Of a stretch of DNA of 64,000 nucleotides, positions 46,516 through 58,100 are shown piece after piece. The position numbers and the translations under genes are program-made. Position 1 is the stretch's first letter; the number at the start of each line of letters is the position of its first letter. Below the pieces are notes generated by a model. It made no database searches. It was not told the DNA's origin and was given only the letters and a program-made list of their open reading frames with translations. Source of the stretch: Polyangiaceae bacterium UTPRO1 (GTDB taxonomy: Bacteria; Desulfobacterota; Binatia; UTPRO1); the NCBI GenBank assembly GCA_002050235.1, contig MWST01000027.1:25155-89154 (forward strand), in the 5' to 3' direction.

Positions 46516-47961
46516 TCAGGTAGAACCCGGCGGCGCGTCTTGCTCGTCCCGCGGGTGCAGTAGGTCCGCGAAGAAGGCCCGGTCGGCGAGCAGCGAGGTG
46601 TCGCCGAGGAACATCTTGCCGTAGCGTTCGAAGTAGAGGAGCTGCTTGGCGAGGAGGAAGGTGCCGCGGTCGAAGGCGGTGCCGCGGCCGCCGTGGCGGG
46701 CGACGCCGACGTGGAGGGCGCGCTGCCGCTTGAGGCGCGCCAGGAACCGTCGCCACGACGGGTGCGGGGGCGGCGCTGCCGCGGGGTCGGCGACGTTGCC
46801 CTGCCAGGCGGCCAGGAACCTGCCGAGGCTCACTTCGCCGAAGGGGCGCGTCAGCATCGGTTCGACGACGCTGCGCGCGAAGGCGGCCAGGCCGTCGCGG
46901 TCGAGGCCGAGGCCGTCGCGGAGGGCGGGACCGTAGCTGGTGAAGAACTCGTCGGCGATGTCGAGCCAGGCGCTCTCGTCGCCGAGCGCGCCCGCGACCG
47001 TACGGCGCAGGAAGCGCAGCGTGCGCGCGTCGAGGCGGCCGACGATGCCCCAGTCGAGGACGCCGACGCGGCCGTCGCGGAGGACGAGGATGTTGCCGGC
47101 ATGGGTGTCGGCGTGGAAGGTGCCGTCGCGGAGCGCGGTCAGGAACCAGGCGCGCACCAACTGCTCGAGGAGCGGCCGGGCATCGAGTCCGAGCGCGGCC
47201 ATGCGGGCGCGATCGTCGATCGGCACGCCGTCGAGGAAGTCCATGACCAGTACGCGCCGGCCGGAGAGCTCTGGGTAGGGCGCGGGAATGACGATGCGGT
47301 CGAGGCGGAGCGCGTGCGCGAGCTCGCGATGGTGCTCCATGGCGCGCGCCTCGTTTTGCAGGTCGAGCTCCTCGGTGAGCTGCTCGTGGAAGCCGTCGAG
47401 CATGCGCACGAGCTGGCCGGCTTCCGGGATGCCGATGCGGAAGGCGAGGACGTCGAGGAGCGGTCCCATCAGGCGGAGATCGACGGCTATGGTCCTTTCG
47501 ATGCCGGGCCGCAGCACCTTGACCGCAACCATGCGGCCGTCGGGCAACGTCGCGCGGTGGACGACGGCCATCGACGCGCGCCCGATCGGCTCGGGATCGA
47601 ACTCGGCGAAGACGTCGGCGAGCGGGCGGCCGAGCGTCGCCTCGATCTCCGCGCGCACGTCGCCAACGGGTACCGGAGGTCCGGTGTCGAGGCACGAGCG
47701 GAACTCTTCGGCGACGCTGTCGCCGAAGACTCCCGGCGCCGAGGCGACCAACTGCCCGAACTTGACGAACGTCGCGCCGAGGGACTCGAAGAGGAGCCGC
47801 AGCGGCCGGGCGAACGCTTGCGGCTCCGTGGACCGGCGGAGGGTGCGGCGGGCGAGCGGCGGACCGAGCCGGCGCGCAGCCAGCGCCAGCATCCGGCCGC
47901 CGCGGCGGCGCAGATCGCGCCCGGCGGGCGTCGGGAGCGGCAAGGGGACGGGTCGCAGCAC
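46516..47961 (-). CDS. ABC1/UbiB (AarF) family atypical kinase
   Basis: GATFVKFGQ, PIGRASMAVVH, VAVKV, EELDLQNEA, FHADTHAGN, LDWG. Confidence 0.93.
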   Translation of the reverse strand: MLRPVPLPLPTPAGRDLRRRGGRMLALAARRLGPPLARRTLRRSTEPQAFARPLRLLFESLGATFVKFGQLVASAPGVFGDSVAEEFRSCLDTGPPVPVGDVRAEIEATLGRPLADVFAEFDPEPIGRASMAVVHRATLPDGRMVAVKVLRPGIERTIAVDLRLMGPLLDVLAFRIGIPEAGQLVRMLDGFHEQLTEELDLQNEARAMEHHRELAHALRLDRIVIPAPYPELSGRRVLVMDFLDGVPIDDRARMAALGLDARPLLEQLVRAWFLTALRDGTFHADTHAGNILVLRDGRVGVLDWGIVGRLDARTLRFLRRTVAGALGDESAWLDIADEFFTSYGPALRDGLGLDRDGLAAFARSVVEPMLTRPFGEVSLGRFLAAWQGNVADPAAAPPPHPSWRRFLARLKRQRALHVGVARHGGRGTAFDRGTFLLAKQLLYFERYGKMFLGDTSLLADRAFFADLLHPRDEQDAPPGST

Positions 47962-47979
47962 GAGAGCGCTCCGCTGCTA

Positions 47980-49254
47980 TCACGGTGCTCGGCGATCGAC
48001 GATAAAGAAAACGATGCCGCCCAGGGTGACGATGGCCGCCGCCGCAAGGAACATCGCGCCGTAACCGGAGCTGCGGATGATCGCTCCGAGGAGCGGACCG
48101 CCGACGAGGGCGCCGGCGTCGAAGAGGGCGGTGAAGATGGACGTTGCGGCGCCGCGCTCGGCGGTGCGGGCACGGTCGACGACGAGCCCGGAGAGGATCG
48201 GGAACGTGAAGCCGTGGCCGAGCCCGGCGCCGACGCCGGCGACGACGATCGCGGTGGGCGTGGTCGCAGCGGCGAGCAGCAGATAGCCGACCGCGAGCGC
48301 TCCCAGGGCCGGCGCCAGCGCCCGTTTCGGTCCGACCCGCTCCGGTACCCACGCGAAGCCGAGGCGGAGGACGATGGCGGCGATCGAGTACGCCGTGAAA
48401 AAGAGTCCGACCGAGCCGATCCCGGTCTCGAGCACGAAGGTCTTGACGAACGTGAACTGGGCGGTGAGGGCGGTCGCGAACACCAGGCCGATGAACCAGA
48501 GCGGCAGGAGATCGCGCTGCGCCAGCGCGGCGAGGAAGCCGCGCCCGGGAAGCTCGCCTGCGGGGTGACGCACGTCGCGCAGCGGCAGCGACAGGAGGAG
48601 CGAGGTCAGCGCGAAGGCGGTCGAGACGTGGAAGAGGTCGGCGTAGGAGCCGTAGCGCAGGATGATGTCCCCGAGCACGCCGCTCACCGACATCGGGAGG
48701 AGCCCCGAGATGCCGTAGAGCCCGATGCCCTCCGTGCGCCGCTGCGGCGGCAGCAGGTCGGCGGCGTGGGTCATGAGCGCGGTAAAGAGCGTCGCCTCGG
48801 CGACTCCGTGGGCGGCGCGGACGACGTAGAGCCACGGCCCGAGGTCGCGCACGGTCGGGTAGAGCGCGCACACGGTCACGTTCAGGACGCCGCCGGCGAG
48901 GATGACGCCGCGCCTGCCGCGCGCGTCCATCAAGGTGCCGAGGGGCGGGCGCCAGAGGATGGCGGTGGCGGCGGTGACGCTCACGATGATGCCGATCCTC
49001 ACCTCGTCGGCACCGAGCTCGTGGAGGAAGCCGGAGAGGTGGAGATAGAGCGTGAAGGCGAGGTTCTGGAGGAAGTTCGCCGCGAAGCAGAAGAGGAACT
49101 GGCGCGAGACGACGCGCGGCCGCGCCCGCCGCGGCGCCGGCGTCCGTCCGGCTCGCGCCGGCGCTACGGGCGCACCCGATGGCGCGCGGGCGCCGCGCTG
49201 CCGGCGGCGCTCGCGGGGGCGCGGAGGGTGCGCGGCGGACCTAGCGGAGCGCAT
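47980..49254 (-). CDS. MFS transporter
   Basis: About 12 TM helices, motif A GTLMDARGRR and ERVGPK; start uncertain. Confidence 0.9.
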   Translation of the reverse strand: MRSARSAAHPPRPRERRRQRGARAPSGAPVAPARAGRTPAPRRARPRVVSRQFLFCFAANFLQNLAFTLYLHLSGFLHELGADEVRIGIIVSVTAATAILWRPPLGTLMDARGRRGVILAGGVLNVTVCALYPTVRDLGPWLYVVRAAHGVAEATLFTALMTHAADLLPPQRRTEGIGLYGISGLLPMSVSGVLGDIILRYGSYADLFHVSTAFALTSLLLSLPLRDVRHPAGELPGRGFLAALAQRDLLPLWFIGLVFATALTAQFTFVKTFVLETGIGSVGLFFTAYSIAAIVLRLGFAWVPERVGPKRALAPALGALAVGYLLLAAATTPTAIVVAGVGAGLGHGFTFPILSGLVVDRARTAERGAATSIFTALFDAGALVGGPLLGAIIRSSGYGAMFLAAAAIVTLGGIVFFIVDRRAP

Positions 49255-49457
49255 GCGTCGTCCGTCCGCCGGCCGCGCGCATCCACGATCCCGACGCCGC
49301 CGGTGCGGCAGCGGTCGCGGCTCGTGGTCTCGGGCTTCTCGGGATCGATCGCAAGCGGCTCGGACAGCGCGGCACCTCCGGCGGGAATTCGCTGCGCGCG
49401 GCACTCTAGGAGCCGCGCCCTGCCGGATCAAGGCGACTGTGGTATGCGCCGCGGGTA

Positions 49458-50564
49458 GTGAGTTCCGCAGCGATTCCTCCCCAGCCGATCGCGCTCGAGC
49501 GCCGCTTCCCCGGCATCGCCGGCCGCCTGCCGCGGCTGCCGCTGGCGGCGCTGCCGACGCCGGTCGAGCGCTTGGCAACGCTCGGCCGCGAGGCCGGCGT
49601 CGCCGACCTCTGGGTGAAGCGCGACGATCTGAGCGGTACGCCGTACGGCGGCAACAAGGTGCGGAAGCTCGAGTGGCTGCTCGCCGACGCTCGCGCCCGC
49701 GGGCGCCGCAGCGTGCTCACCGTCGGAGCGCTCGGCAGCAACCATGCGCTCGCGACTACCGTCTATGCGCGCGCTCAGGGCTTCGCCGTGCATCTCGTGC
49801 TGATTCCGCAGCCGGTGAGCGAGCACGTGCGGCGGACGCTCCTCCTCGATCATGCCTTCGGCGCGACCATCCATGCGGTGCCGTCGGTTGCTGCCGCGCG
49901 CCGGCGCGTTCTCGGACTCTTCGCCCGCGGCGCGCTCGCCGGCGGGCGTCCGTACTTCGTGACCACCGGAGGCTCGTCGGCCGTCGGCACGCTCGGCTAC
50001 GTGAACGCCGGCCTCGAGCTCGCCGAGCAGGTGGCGGCGGGGGCGCTGCCGGAGCCGGCGGCGATCGTCGTGCCGCTCGGCAGCGGCGGGACCGTGGCCG
50101 GACTCGTCGCCGGCCTGCGCCTCGCCGGCCTTGCGACGCGGGTGCTTGCCGTGCAGGTGACCGACCTGCTGCCGCTCTCGCCGCGCTTCCTCGCCCGCCT
50201 GGGGGCGCGGGCGCTGGCGGTGCTCGGGCGGCTCGGCGCCGGGCCCTTGCCGCGGCTCGCGCCCGGGGATTTCGATGTCCGTACCCAGTGGCTCGGGCCC
50301 GGGTACGGGGTCGTGACCCCCGAGGGCGCCGACGCCGCCCGCCGGGTCCTTGCGACCGAGGGCCTGCGGCTCGAAACGACCTACGGCGCCAAGGCGTTGG
50401 CCGCGGCGCTCGCCCTCGGCCGCATGGCGCCGTGGCGGGACCGGCCGCTGCTCTTCTGGCACACCTACAGCGCCGCCGATCCCGCCGCGACGCTGGCCGG
50501 CCTGCCGTCCTGGCGGGACCTGCCGCCCACCGTGCACCACGTCTTCGCCGGTCTCGAGCCGTGA
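49458..50564 (+). CDS. D-cysteine desulfhydrase / ACC deaminase family PLP enzyme
   Basis: LWVKRDDL, YGGNKVRKLE, SNHA, GSGGT, LETTYGAK. Confidence 0.9.
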   Translation: MSSAAIPPQPIALERRFPGIAGRLPRLPLAALPTPVERLATLGREAGVADLWVKRDDLSGTPYGGNKVRKLEWLLADARARGRRSVLTVGALGSNHALATTVYARAQGFAVHLVLIPQPVSEHVRRTLLLDHAFGATIHAVPSVAAARRRVLGLFARGALAGGRPYFVTTGGSSAVGTLGYVNAGLELAEQVAAGALPEPAAIVVPLGSGGTVAGLVAGLRLAGLATRVLAVQVTDLLPLSPRFLARLGARALAVLGRLGAGPLPRLAPGDFDVRTQWLGPGYGVVTPEGADAARRVLATEGLRLETTYGAKALAAALALGRMAPWRDRPLLFWHTYSAADPAATLAGLPSWRDLPPTVHHVFAGLEP

Positions 50565-50703
50565 TCGTCTTGACCTAGCGGTGGCGAACGACATAGACGA
50601 CCGGACACGCCGCGATACCCTGATCGGTCGCGACGCACGCACCTCGCTGGGGCGTAGCCAATCAGGGGGTCGATTGCGGAAAGCGGCATTCGTAGTGACG
50701 GGG

Positions 50704-51672
50704 ATGAAGCGGCTCTTCGATAGCCGCCCGGTGCATGCGCAGATCGTCGTCACCCGCGAGTGCAACCTCGCGTGCGGCTATTGCCACGAGTTCACCAACG
50801 GCGCTCCGATGGTACCGTTCGACGTGCTGGCGCGGCGCATCGACGCGCTCGGTGAGCTCGGCGCCTTCACGATGGATCTGCTCGGTGGCGAGCCGCTCCT
50901 CCATCCCGACATCGTGCGCTTGGCGGCCCGGATCAAGGCGACGCGCGGCGGCACCAACTTCGCCACCATCATCACCAATGCCTTCAAGCTCACCCCCGAG
51001 CTCGTCGACGGCTTCAACGCTGCCGGCCTGGATTGCATGCAGGTGAGCGTCGACGGCATCGATCCCGCGCCCGGTCTGCCGAAGTCGCTGCGCTCGGTGC
51101 TGCCCAAACTCGAGATCCTCGCCGCCCGCGCCGCCTTCCAGGTGAAGATCCAGACGGTGCTCACCGAAGAGAGCTGGCGTTCCTACGCCCAGTTCCGCGA
51201 GCTGCTGGCGCCGTTCGATTTCGAGTTCGGCTTCTCCCTGCTGCACGACGGCGCGGGGCGGATCGCCATCCGGGGCGCGCACTTCGCCGAGCTCCTGCGG
51301 CAGCACGAGCTTTTCCCCGGCATGGCGTTCTTCCGTCGCCACGCGGCCGAGATACTGGTCGGCGACTTCCATCGGCCGTGGAAGTGCCTCGGCGGCTTCA
51401 AGTACCTCTACGTGAACGCCGAGGGCAGGGTGCAGTACTGCAGCCAGGTGGCGGGGGGCGCGCCTGCGGTCGAGACGCTGACGCTCGCGGATCTGCGCGC
51501 CGCCGATGTCCACAAGCCGTGCGAGGCCGGCTGCGCGATCGGCTGCGTCCGCACGGTATCGCACGCGATGGCCAATCCGCTGCGATCGCTGTCGACGTCG
51601 GTCGAGATCCTCGCCGACTTCATGCGGCCGCGCACTCCGGCGCCGGTGCCGCTCTCCCGCACCCGGCGCTGA
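50704..51672 (+). CDS. Radical SAM protein with a C-terminal Cys-rich auxiliary region
   Basis: CNLACGYC (CxxxCxxC), GGEPLLHP, C-terminal CLGG...YC...CEAGCAIGC. Confidence 0.92.
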   Translation: MKRLFDSRPVHAQIVVTRECNLACGYCHEFTNGAPMVPFDVLARRIDALGELGAFTMDLLGGEPLLHPDIVRLAARIKATRGGTNFATIITNAFKLTPELVDGFNAAGLDCMQVSVDGIDPAPGLPKSLRSVLPKLEILAARAAFQVKIQTVLTEESWRSYAQFRELLAPFDFEFGFSLLHDGAGRIAIRGAHFAELLRQHELFPGMAFFRRHAAEILVGDFHRPWKCLGGFKYLYVNAEGRVQYCSQVAGGAPAVETLTLADLRAADVHKPCEAGCAIGCVRTVSHAMANPLRSLSTSVEILADFMRPRTPAPVPLSRTRR

Positions 51673-51768
51673 TGCCGCGAGCGCCGGTCGGCGCCGGCGG
51701 CAGTGCCGATCGGCGCAGCGGCTGTCGCGTTGCTTGCAGTCGCCGCCGCGGCGCGACATGAGCGACGC

Positions 51769-54700
51769 GTGGCGACCAAGGGGCGGAAACCGCGGACGAG
51801 CGAGGGGAGCGCGGCGCGACGCATCGTCGTCGCCGCCCGCGCCCTCGATCGGGTCACCGCGGCGCGGGCCTGGCTAGCGGCGCAACCGCGCGACGGGGAG
51901 GCGCTCGTGGTCGCCGCGAGCAGCGAAGCGGCGGACGAGATCGTCCGCAGCGACGTCGGCGCCGGCGGCGCCCGCTTCGGGCTCGCCCGTGCGACCCTGG
52001 ATCGCGTCGCCGGACTTCTGGCGGCACCGGCGCTCGCCGCGCGCCGGTGCGTTCCCGGGAGCGCGCTCTCGCTAGCCGCGATCGCGGCGCGCGCGGCGCA
52101 TCGCCTGCGCACGGCGGATCGGCTCCGCTACTTCGGTCCGGTCGCCGATCGCCCGGGCTTCCCGCTGGCGGTGGCGCGGACGCTGGCGGAGCTGCGCGCG
52201 AACGGCGTCACGCCGGCGATGCTGGAGACGTTGCCGCTCGTGGGCGCGGATCTGGCGCTCCTCGCGACTGCGGTGGCGGCGGAGCTCGACGCCGCCGGTC
52301 TTGGGGATCGCGCCGCGGTTTTTGCCGCCGCCGCGGCCGCCGTCGACGCGAGCCCGCCGCCGCCGTTCGTCGGCGTGCCGACGCTGCTCCTCGACGTGCC
52401 GGTTGCGAGCGCGTGCGAAGCGGCGCTGGTTGCGGCGCTCGCGCGCCGCGCGCCGGCGCTGATCGCCACCGTTCCGCTCGGCGACGACCGCTCGTGCGAT
52501 CTGCTCGCGGAGGCCCTCGCGGCCGCGCCGGTGGTCGTCGAGGGTCCCGGCGATGCGACCGGCTCGCTCGCGCGCCTGCAGCGCCATCTCTTCGTACCGT
52601 CGACGCCGCCGCCGGCGCCGCTCGACGAGACCGTGACGTTGTCGTCGTGGCCCGGCGAGGCGCGCGAGTGCGTGGAGATCGCCCGTCGCATCCAGGAGGA
52701 GGCGGCGCGCGGCGTGCCGTTCGACCGCATGGCGGTCTTCCTGCACGCGCCGCGCGAATATGCGGCGCATCTCGAGGAGGCGCTGCGGCGCGCCGAGGTG
52801 CCGGCGTTCTTCGCCCGCGGGACGACCCGCCCCGATCCCGCCGGGCGGGCGCTGCTCGCCTTGCTGGCGTGCGCGGCGGAAGGGCTCTCGGCGCGGCGCT
52901 TCGCCGAGTATCTCTCGCTCGCGCAGGTGCCGGATGCGGCGCTGCGCGCCGTGCGTACGGCAGTCTCGCTGCCGGTCGTGGCGCCGGCGGAGGAGGAGCT
53001 GCTGCCTGCGGCGGTCGCCGAGCAGTTGGCGGCAGCGACGGCGGCGGCGCGCGCGGAGGCCGAGCGCGACGAGCCTCTACCGCTCGACCCGCTCGCCGAG
53101 GAAGTCGTCGCCGGCGCCGTCGTCGCGCCGTGGCGCTGGGAGGAGCTGCTCGTCGACGCCGCCGTGATCGGCGGCAAGGACCGTTGGCGGCAGCGACTCG
53201 ACGGCCTGGCGCGCGAGCTCGAGGTCCGGCGCGCCGAGCTCGCCGAGGAAGACGAGCCGCGCGCCGCCCGCATCGAGGGCGTGCTGGCGCAGCTCGGACA
53301 TCTGCGCGCCTACGCGCTACCGCTCGTCGACCGTCTCGCCGGCTTCGCCGGCTGGCGAGCACCGTGGGGCGAGTGGCTCGAAGAGCTGCGGGCGCTCGCC
53401 GGCGCGGCGCTGCGCGACCCGACGGCGGTGCTGGCGACGCTCGCCGAGCTCGCGCCGATGGCGCCGGTCGGCCCGGTCGCGATCGACGAGGTGCAGCTCG
53501 TGCTCGGCCCGCGCCTGCGCTCGCTCGCCGAACCGCCGCCGCGCCACCGCTACGGTGCGGTGTTCGTCGCCCCGGCGGCGGCGGCGCGCGGCCTCGTCTT
53601 CGATGTCGTCTTCGTCCCCGGGCTCGCCGAGCGGTTGTTCCCGCGCAAGATCGTCGACGACCCGATCCTCCTCGATCCGAGCCGGCGCGCTCTTTCCGGC
53701 GCCGCGGCGCCGCTCGTCACGCGGGCCGATCGCGTCGCCGGCGAGCGCCTGGCGCTGCGGCTCGGGGTCGGCGCCGCCGGCGAGCGCGTCGTCGTCTCCT
53801 ATCCGCGGCTCGACATGGAGCAGGGCAAGCCGCGCGTGCCGTCGTTCTACGCGCTCGAGACCCTGCGCGCCGCCGAAGGCCGGCTGCCCGGCTTCGAGGA
53901 GATCGGACGCCGGGCGCGCGGCGCGGCCCGCCTCGGGTGGCCGGCGCCCGAGCGTCCCGAGGACGCCGTCGACGACGCCGAGTACGATCTGGCGCTCTTG
54001 GCGCCGCTCCTCGACGCCCGCACGGACCCGCGAACGACGACCGGCTCGGCGCGCTATCTCCTCGACGCCAACGTGCATCTGGCGCGAGCGCTGCGCGCTC
54101 GCGCCCAGCGCTGGTGGAAGCGCTGGACGCCCGCCGACGGCCTCGTCGATCCCGACGAGCTCGGCCGCACCGCGCTGGCGGCGCATCAGCTCGACGCGCG
54201 CTCCTATTCGCCGACGGCGCTGCAGCACTTCGCGGCGTGTCCGTACCGGTTCTTCCTCCAGGCCGTCCACCGCCTGAAGCCGCGCGACGAGCCGGTGGCG
54301 ATCGAGCTCATCGATCCGCTGACGCGCGGCTCGCTCTTCCACGAGGTGCAGTTCGGCGTCCTCTCGCGTCTGAAAGCGGAGGGACTCCTGCCGGTGGACG
54401 TCGCGACCGTGACGCGGGCGCGAGAGGTGGTGGATAGCGTGCTCGATGCGGTCGCCGCGCGCTACCGCGAGCTGCTGCACCCCGCCATTCCCCGCGTCTG
54501 GGAGGACGGCATCAACGGCGTCCGCGCCGACCTCCGCGAGTGGTTGCGCCGCAGCGCCGAGGACGGGAGCGGCTGGATTCCCGACCGCTTCGAGCTCGCC
54601 TTCGGGCTGCCGCCGCGCGAGCGCGGCGATGCCGACCCGGCGAGCGTGACCCGGCCGCTCGCGGTGGCGGGTCCGCTGCAGCTGCGCGGCTCGATCGACC

Positions 54701-55122
54701 TCGTCGAGCGCCACCCGCGCGGCACGCTGCGCGTGACCGACCACAAGACCGGCAAGGCGCGCGCCGCCCGCGACGTCGTCATCGGCGGCGGCGAGGTGCT
54801 GCAGCCCTTGCTCTACGCGCTCGCCTGCGAGCAACTGCTGCCTGCATCCGTAGAGGCAGGGCGCCTCTACTACTGCACCGCCGCGGGCGGTTACGAAGAG
54901 CGCGTCGTCCCGCTCGACGCCGCCGGCCGTGCGGCGGCGGCCATGGTCGTCGCGACGGTCGACCGCGCCCTTCGCGACGGCTTCCTGCCGGCCGCCCCCG
55001 CCGACAACGCGTGCCGGTATTGCGACTACCGGACGGTCTGCGGGCCTTACGAGGAGATCCGCTACAGGCGGAAGCCCGCCGAGCGCCTCGGCGATCTGAT
55101 GCGTCTGCGGAGCATGCCGTGA
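51769..55122 (+). CDS. addB: AddB-like PD-(D/E)xK nuclease subunit with Fe-S Cys motif
   Basis: Degenerate UvrD-like N-terminus; SPTALQHFAACPYRFF, GSIDLVE, VTDHKTG, QPLLY, CRYCDYRTVC; start approximate. Confidence 0.85.
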   Translation: MATKGRKPRTSEGSAARRIVVAARALDRVTAARAWLAAQPRDGEALVVAASSEAADEIVRSDVGAGGARFGLARATLDRVAGLLAAPALAARRCVPGSALSLAAIAARAAHRLRTADRLRYFGPVADRPGFPLAVARTLAELRANGVTPAMLETLPLVGADLALLATAVAAELDAAGLGDRAAVFAAAAAAVDASPPPPFVGVPTLLLDVPVASACEAALVAALARRAPALIATVPLGDDRSCDLLAEALAAAPVVVEGPGDATGSLARLQRHLFVPSTPPPAPLDETVTLSSWPGEARECVEIARRIQEEAARGVPFDRMAVFLHAPREYAAHLEEALRRAEVPAFFARGTTRPDPAGRALLALLACAAEGLSARRFAEYLSLAQVPDAALRAVRTAVSLPVVAPAEEELLPAAVAEQLAAATAAARAEAERDEPLPLDPLAEEVVAGAVVAPWRWEELLVDAAVIGGKDRWRQRLDGLARELEVRRAELAEEDEPRAARIEGVLAQLGHLRAYALPLVDRLAGFAGWRAPWGEWLEELRALAGAALRDPTAVLATLAELAPMAPVGPVAIDEVQLVLGPRLRSLAEPPPRHRYGAVFVAPAAAARGLVFDVVFVPGLAERLFPRKIVDDPILLDPSRRALSGAAAPLVTRADRVAGERLALRLGVGAAGERVVVSYPRLDMEQGKPRVPSFYALETLRAAEGRLPGFEEIGRRARGAARLGWPAPERPEDAVDDAEYDLALLAPLLDARTDPRTTTGSARYLLDANVHLARALRARAQRWWKRWTPADGLVDPDELGRTALAAHQLDARSYSPTALQHFAACPYRFFLQAVHRLKPRDEPVAIELIDPLTRGSLFHEVQFGVLSRLKAEGLLPVDVATVTRAREVVDSVLDAVAARYRELLHPAIPRVWEDGINGVRADLREWLRRSAEDGSGWIPDRFELAFGLPPRERGDADPASVTRPLAVAGPLQLRGSIDLVERHPRGTLRVTDHKTGKARAARDVVIGGGEVLQPLLYALACEQLLPASVEAGRLYYCTAAGGYEERVVPLDAAGRAAAAMVVATVDRALRDGFLPAAPADNACRYCDYRTVCGPYEEIRYRRKPAERLGDLMRLRSMP

Positions 55123-58100
55123 ACGTCAGCCCCGATACGGCGGCGCTCGCCGACGCTCCCGCTCGCGCCCGCATCGCCACCGACCTCGACACGACGCTCA
55201 TCGTCGAGGCGGCGGCGGGTACCGGGAAGACCACGGCGCTGGTCGCCCGCATGGTCGCGGCCCTCGCAGCCGGGCACGGCGAGCTCAGGCGGATGGCGGC
55301 GGTGACGTTCACCGAGCTCGCCGCCGGCGAGCTCAAGCTGCGCCTGCGCGGCGGCATCGAGCGCGCCCGCCTCGACGCTGCTGCGGACTCCGCGGCGGCC
55401 CGAAACCTGTCGCGCGCCCTGGAGCAACTGGAAGAGGCGAGCATCGGCACCATCCACTCGTTCTGTAGCGATCTCCTGCGCGAGCGCCCGGTCGAAGCCG
55501 GCGTCGATCCGCTCTTCGAGGTGGCGGCGGCCGACGTCGCCGAGGATCTCTTCGAGCAGGCCTTCGGCCGCTGGTTCGAAGAGGCGCTGAAGGATCCTCC
55601 GGAAGGGGTGCGGCGGATCCTGCGGCGGACGCCGCCGCGGGGCGGGAGCGTGCGCGATCTGTTGCGCGAGGCCGCCCGTGATCTCGCCGAGCGGCGCGAC
55701 TTCACGGCTCCGTGGCGCACCGCCGCCTTTGCGCGCGAGGACGAGATCGATGCCCTCATGGTGGAGCTCGAGGCGCTCGGGCGGCACGCTGCCGCCGGCG
55801 ATCGCAGCGACTACTTCTACCAGTCGCTCGCCGAGATCGACGGCTTCGTCCAGGAGGTGCGACGGCGCGAGGCCATCTGGGGCCGCGACTACGACGGGCT
55901 CGAGGCCGAGCTCTTGCAGTTGCCGAAGACCGTACACTGGCATTGGACCGGCTTCGTCCGCGGCCCGACGGCGGCGCTGAAGACCGAGCTCCGCGCCGAA
56001 CGCAGCCGCGTCCAGGCGCACCTCGCGGCCTTCGCCGATGCCGTCGGCGCCGATCTGGCGCCGCGCCTGCAAGCCGAGCTCCGGCCTGCGATCGACCGCT
56101 ATCAGGCGCTCAAGCGCCGGGCCGGGCGCCTCGACTTCAACGACCTGCTGCTGGTAGCGCGCGATCTCCTGCGCCGCGACGCCGGCGTGCGGCGCGATTA
56201 CCAAGAGCGCTTCACGCACATCTTCGTCGACGAGTTCCAGGACACCGATCCGCTGCAGGCCGAGATCCTGATCCTGCTCGCCGCCGGCGATCCGCAAGAG
56301 GCCGACTGGACGCGGGTGCAGCCGAAGCCGGGGAAGCTCTTCATCGTCGGCGACCCGAAGCAGTCGATCTACCGCTTCCGGCGCGCCGACGTGGCGCTCT
56401 ACGAGGAGGTGAAGCGGCGCCTCGTCGCCGCCGGCGCCGTACTGCAGCACCTAACCGTGAGCTTTCGCGCCCTCCCCGAGATCCAGGCAGCGGTCAATGC
56501 GGCGCTGGCGCCGCGCATGGCGGGAGCGACGGCGAGCCAGGCGGCCTACGTGCCGCTGGTGCCGGCGCGTGCGCCGGTCGCCACCCAGCCGGCGATCGTG
56601 GCGCTGCCGGTGCCGGCGCCCTACGGCGACTACGGCAAGATCGTCGACTGGCGGATCGAGCAGTCGCTGCCCGACGCGGCCGCGGCGTTCGTCGCCTGGC
56701 TCGTGCGCGAGAGCGGGTGGACGGTGAGCGATAGCGGCGGCCGGCGTCGCCCGCTCGAGCCGCGCGACGTCTGCATGCTGTTCCGCCGCTTCAAGTCGTT
56801 CACGACCGACGTCACGCACGCGTACGTGCGTGCGCTCGAGGCGCGGCACTTGCCGCACGTCCTCGTCGGCGGCACCGGCTTTCACGCCCGCGAGGAGATC
56901 GAAGCGCTGCGCAACGTGCTCGCCGCCATCGAGCGGCCCGACGACGAGCTCGCCGTGTTCGCGACCCTGCGCGGTCCGTTCTTCGCCCTCGGCGACGGCG
57001 CGCTGCTGGCGTTCCACGAGCGGTTCGGGACGCTGCATCCGTTCCGGCGCGTTCCCGACGAGCTGCCGCCCGCGCTCGCCGAGGTCGCGGAGGCCATGGC
57101 CCTGCTGCGCGATCTGCACCGCGGCCGCAATCGGCGGCCGCTAGCGGATACGATCGCGCGCTTCCTCGCCGCGACGCGGGCCCACGCCGGCGTCGCCATC
57201 TGGCCGGCGGGGGAGCAGGCGCTCGCCAACGTCATGCGCCTCATGGATCTGGCGCGGCGCGCCGAGCGACAAGGGATCACGTCGTTTCGCGCTTTCGTCG
57301 ATCGGCTCGCCGCCGCCGACCGCGTCGAGACGGGCGAGGCGCCGATCCTCGAGGAAGGTACTGGCGGGGTGCGGCTCATGACCGTGCATCGCGCCAAGGG
57401 TCTCGAGTTCCCGGTCGTGCTCCTCGCCGACCCGACCGCCAAGGAAGCGCCGGGTGAACCGAGCCGCTACACCGATGCGGCGCGCGGGCTCTGTGCGCTG
57501 CGCATCGCCGGCTGCTCGCCGTCCGAGCTGCTGGCGCATCGCGACGAGGAGCGGGAGCGTGACCGCGAAGAGGCGGCGCGCATCCTCTACGTCGCGGCGA
57601 CGCGAGCGCGTGATCTGCTCGTAGTGCCGGTTATCGGCGACGCGCGCCACGACGGCTGGCTCGCGGCGCTCCATCCGGTAGTCTATCCCGACGAGTCACG
57701 CCGCCGCCGGCCCGAGAGCGCGACCGCGCCGGCCTGTCCGCGCTTCGGACCCGATAGCGTCGCCGAGCGGTCCGAGCGCACGCCGGGGCGCGAGCAGTCG
57801 GTGGCGCCGGGGGTGCACGTTCCCGAGGTCGGCGATCACCGCGTCGTCTGGTGGGACCCGAAGACCCTGACACTCGGGCTCGAGGAGAACGTCGGTCTTC
57901 GCCAGCAGCGGCTCCTGCAAGCGGACGAGGACGGCACCACCTGCGAGCGCGGCGTGCGCGCGCACGCCGCCTGGTGCGCGGCGCGTACGCGGGTTCGCGC
58001 CGAGGCAGGTCGTCCTGCGGTGGCGGTGGTGACGGCGACCGCGTGGGCGGCGGCGCAGGCAGCCGCGGGTGCGGATGGCGACGGTCCGGAGAGCGAGCCG

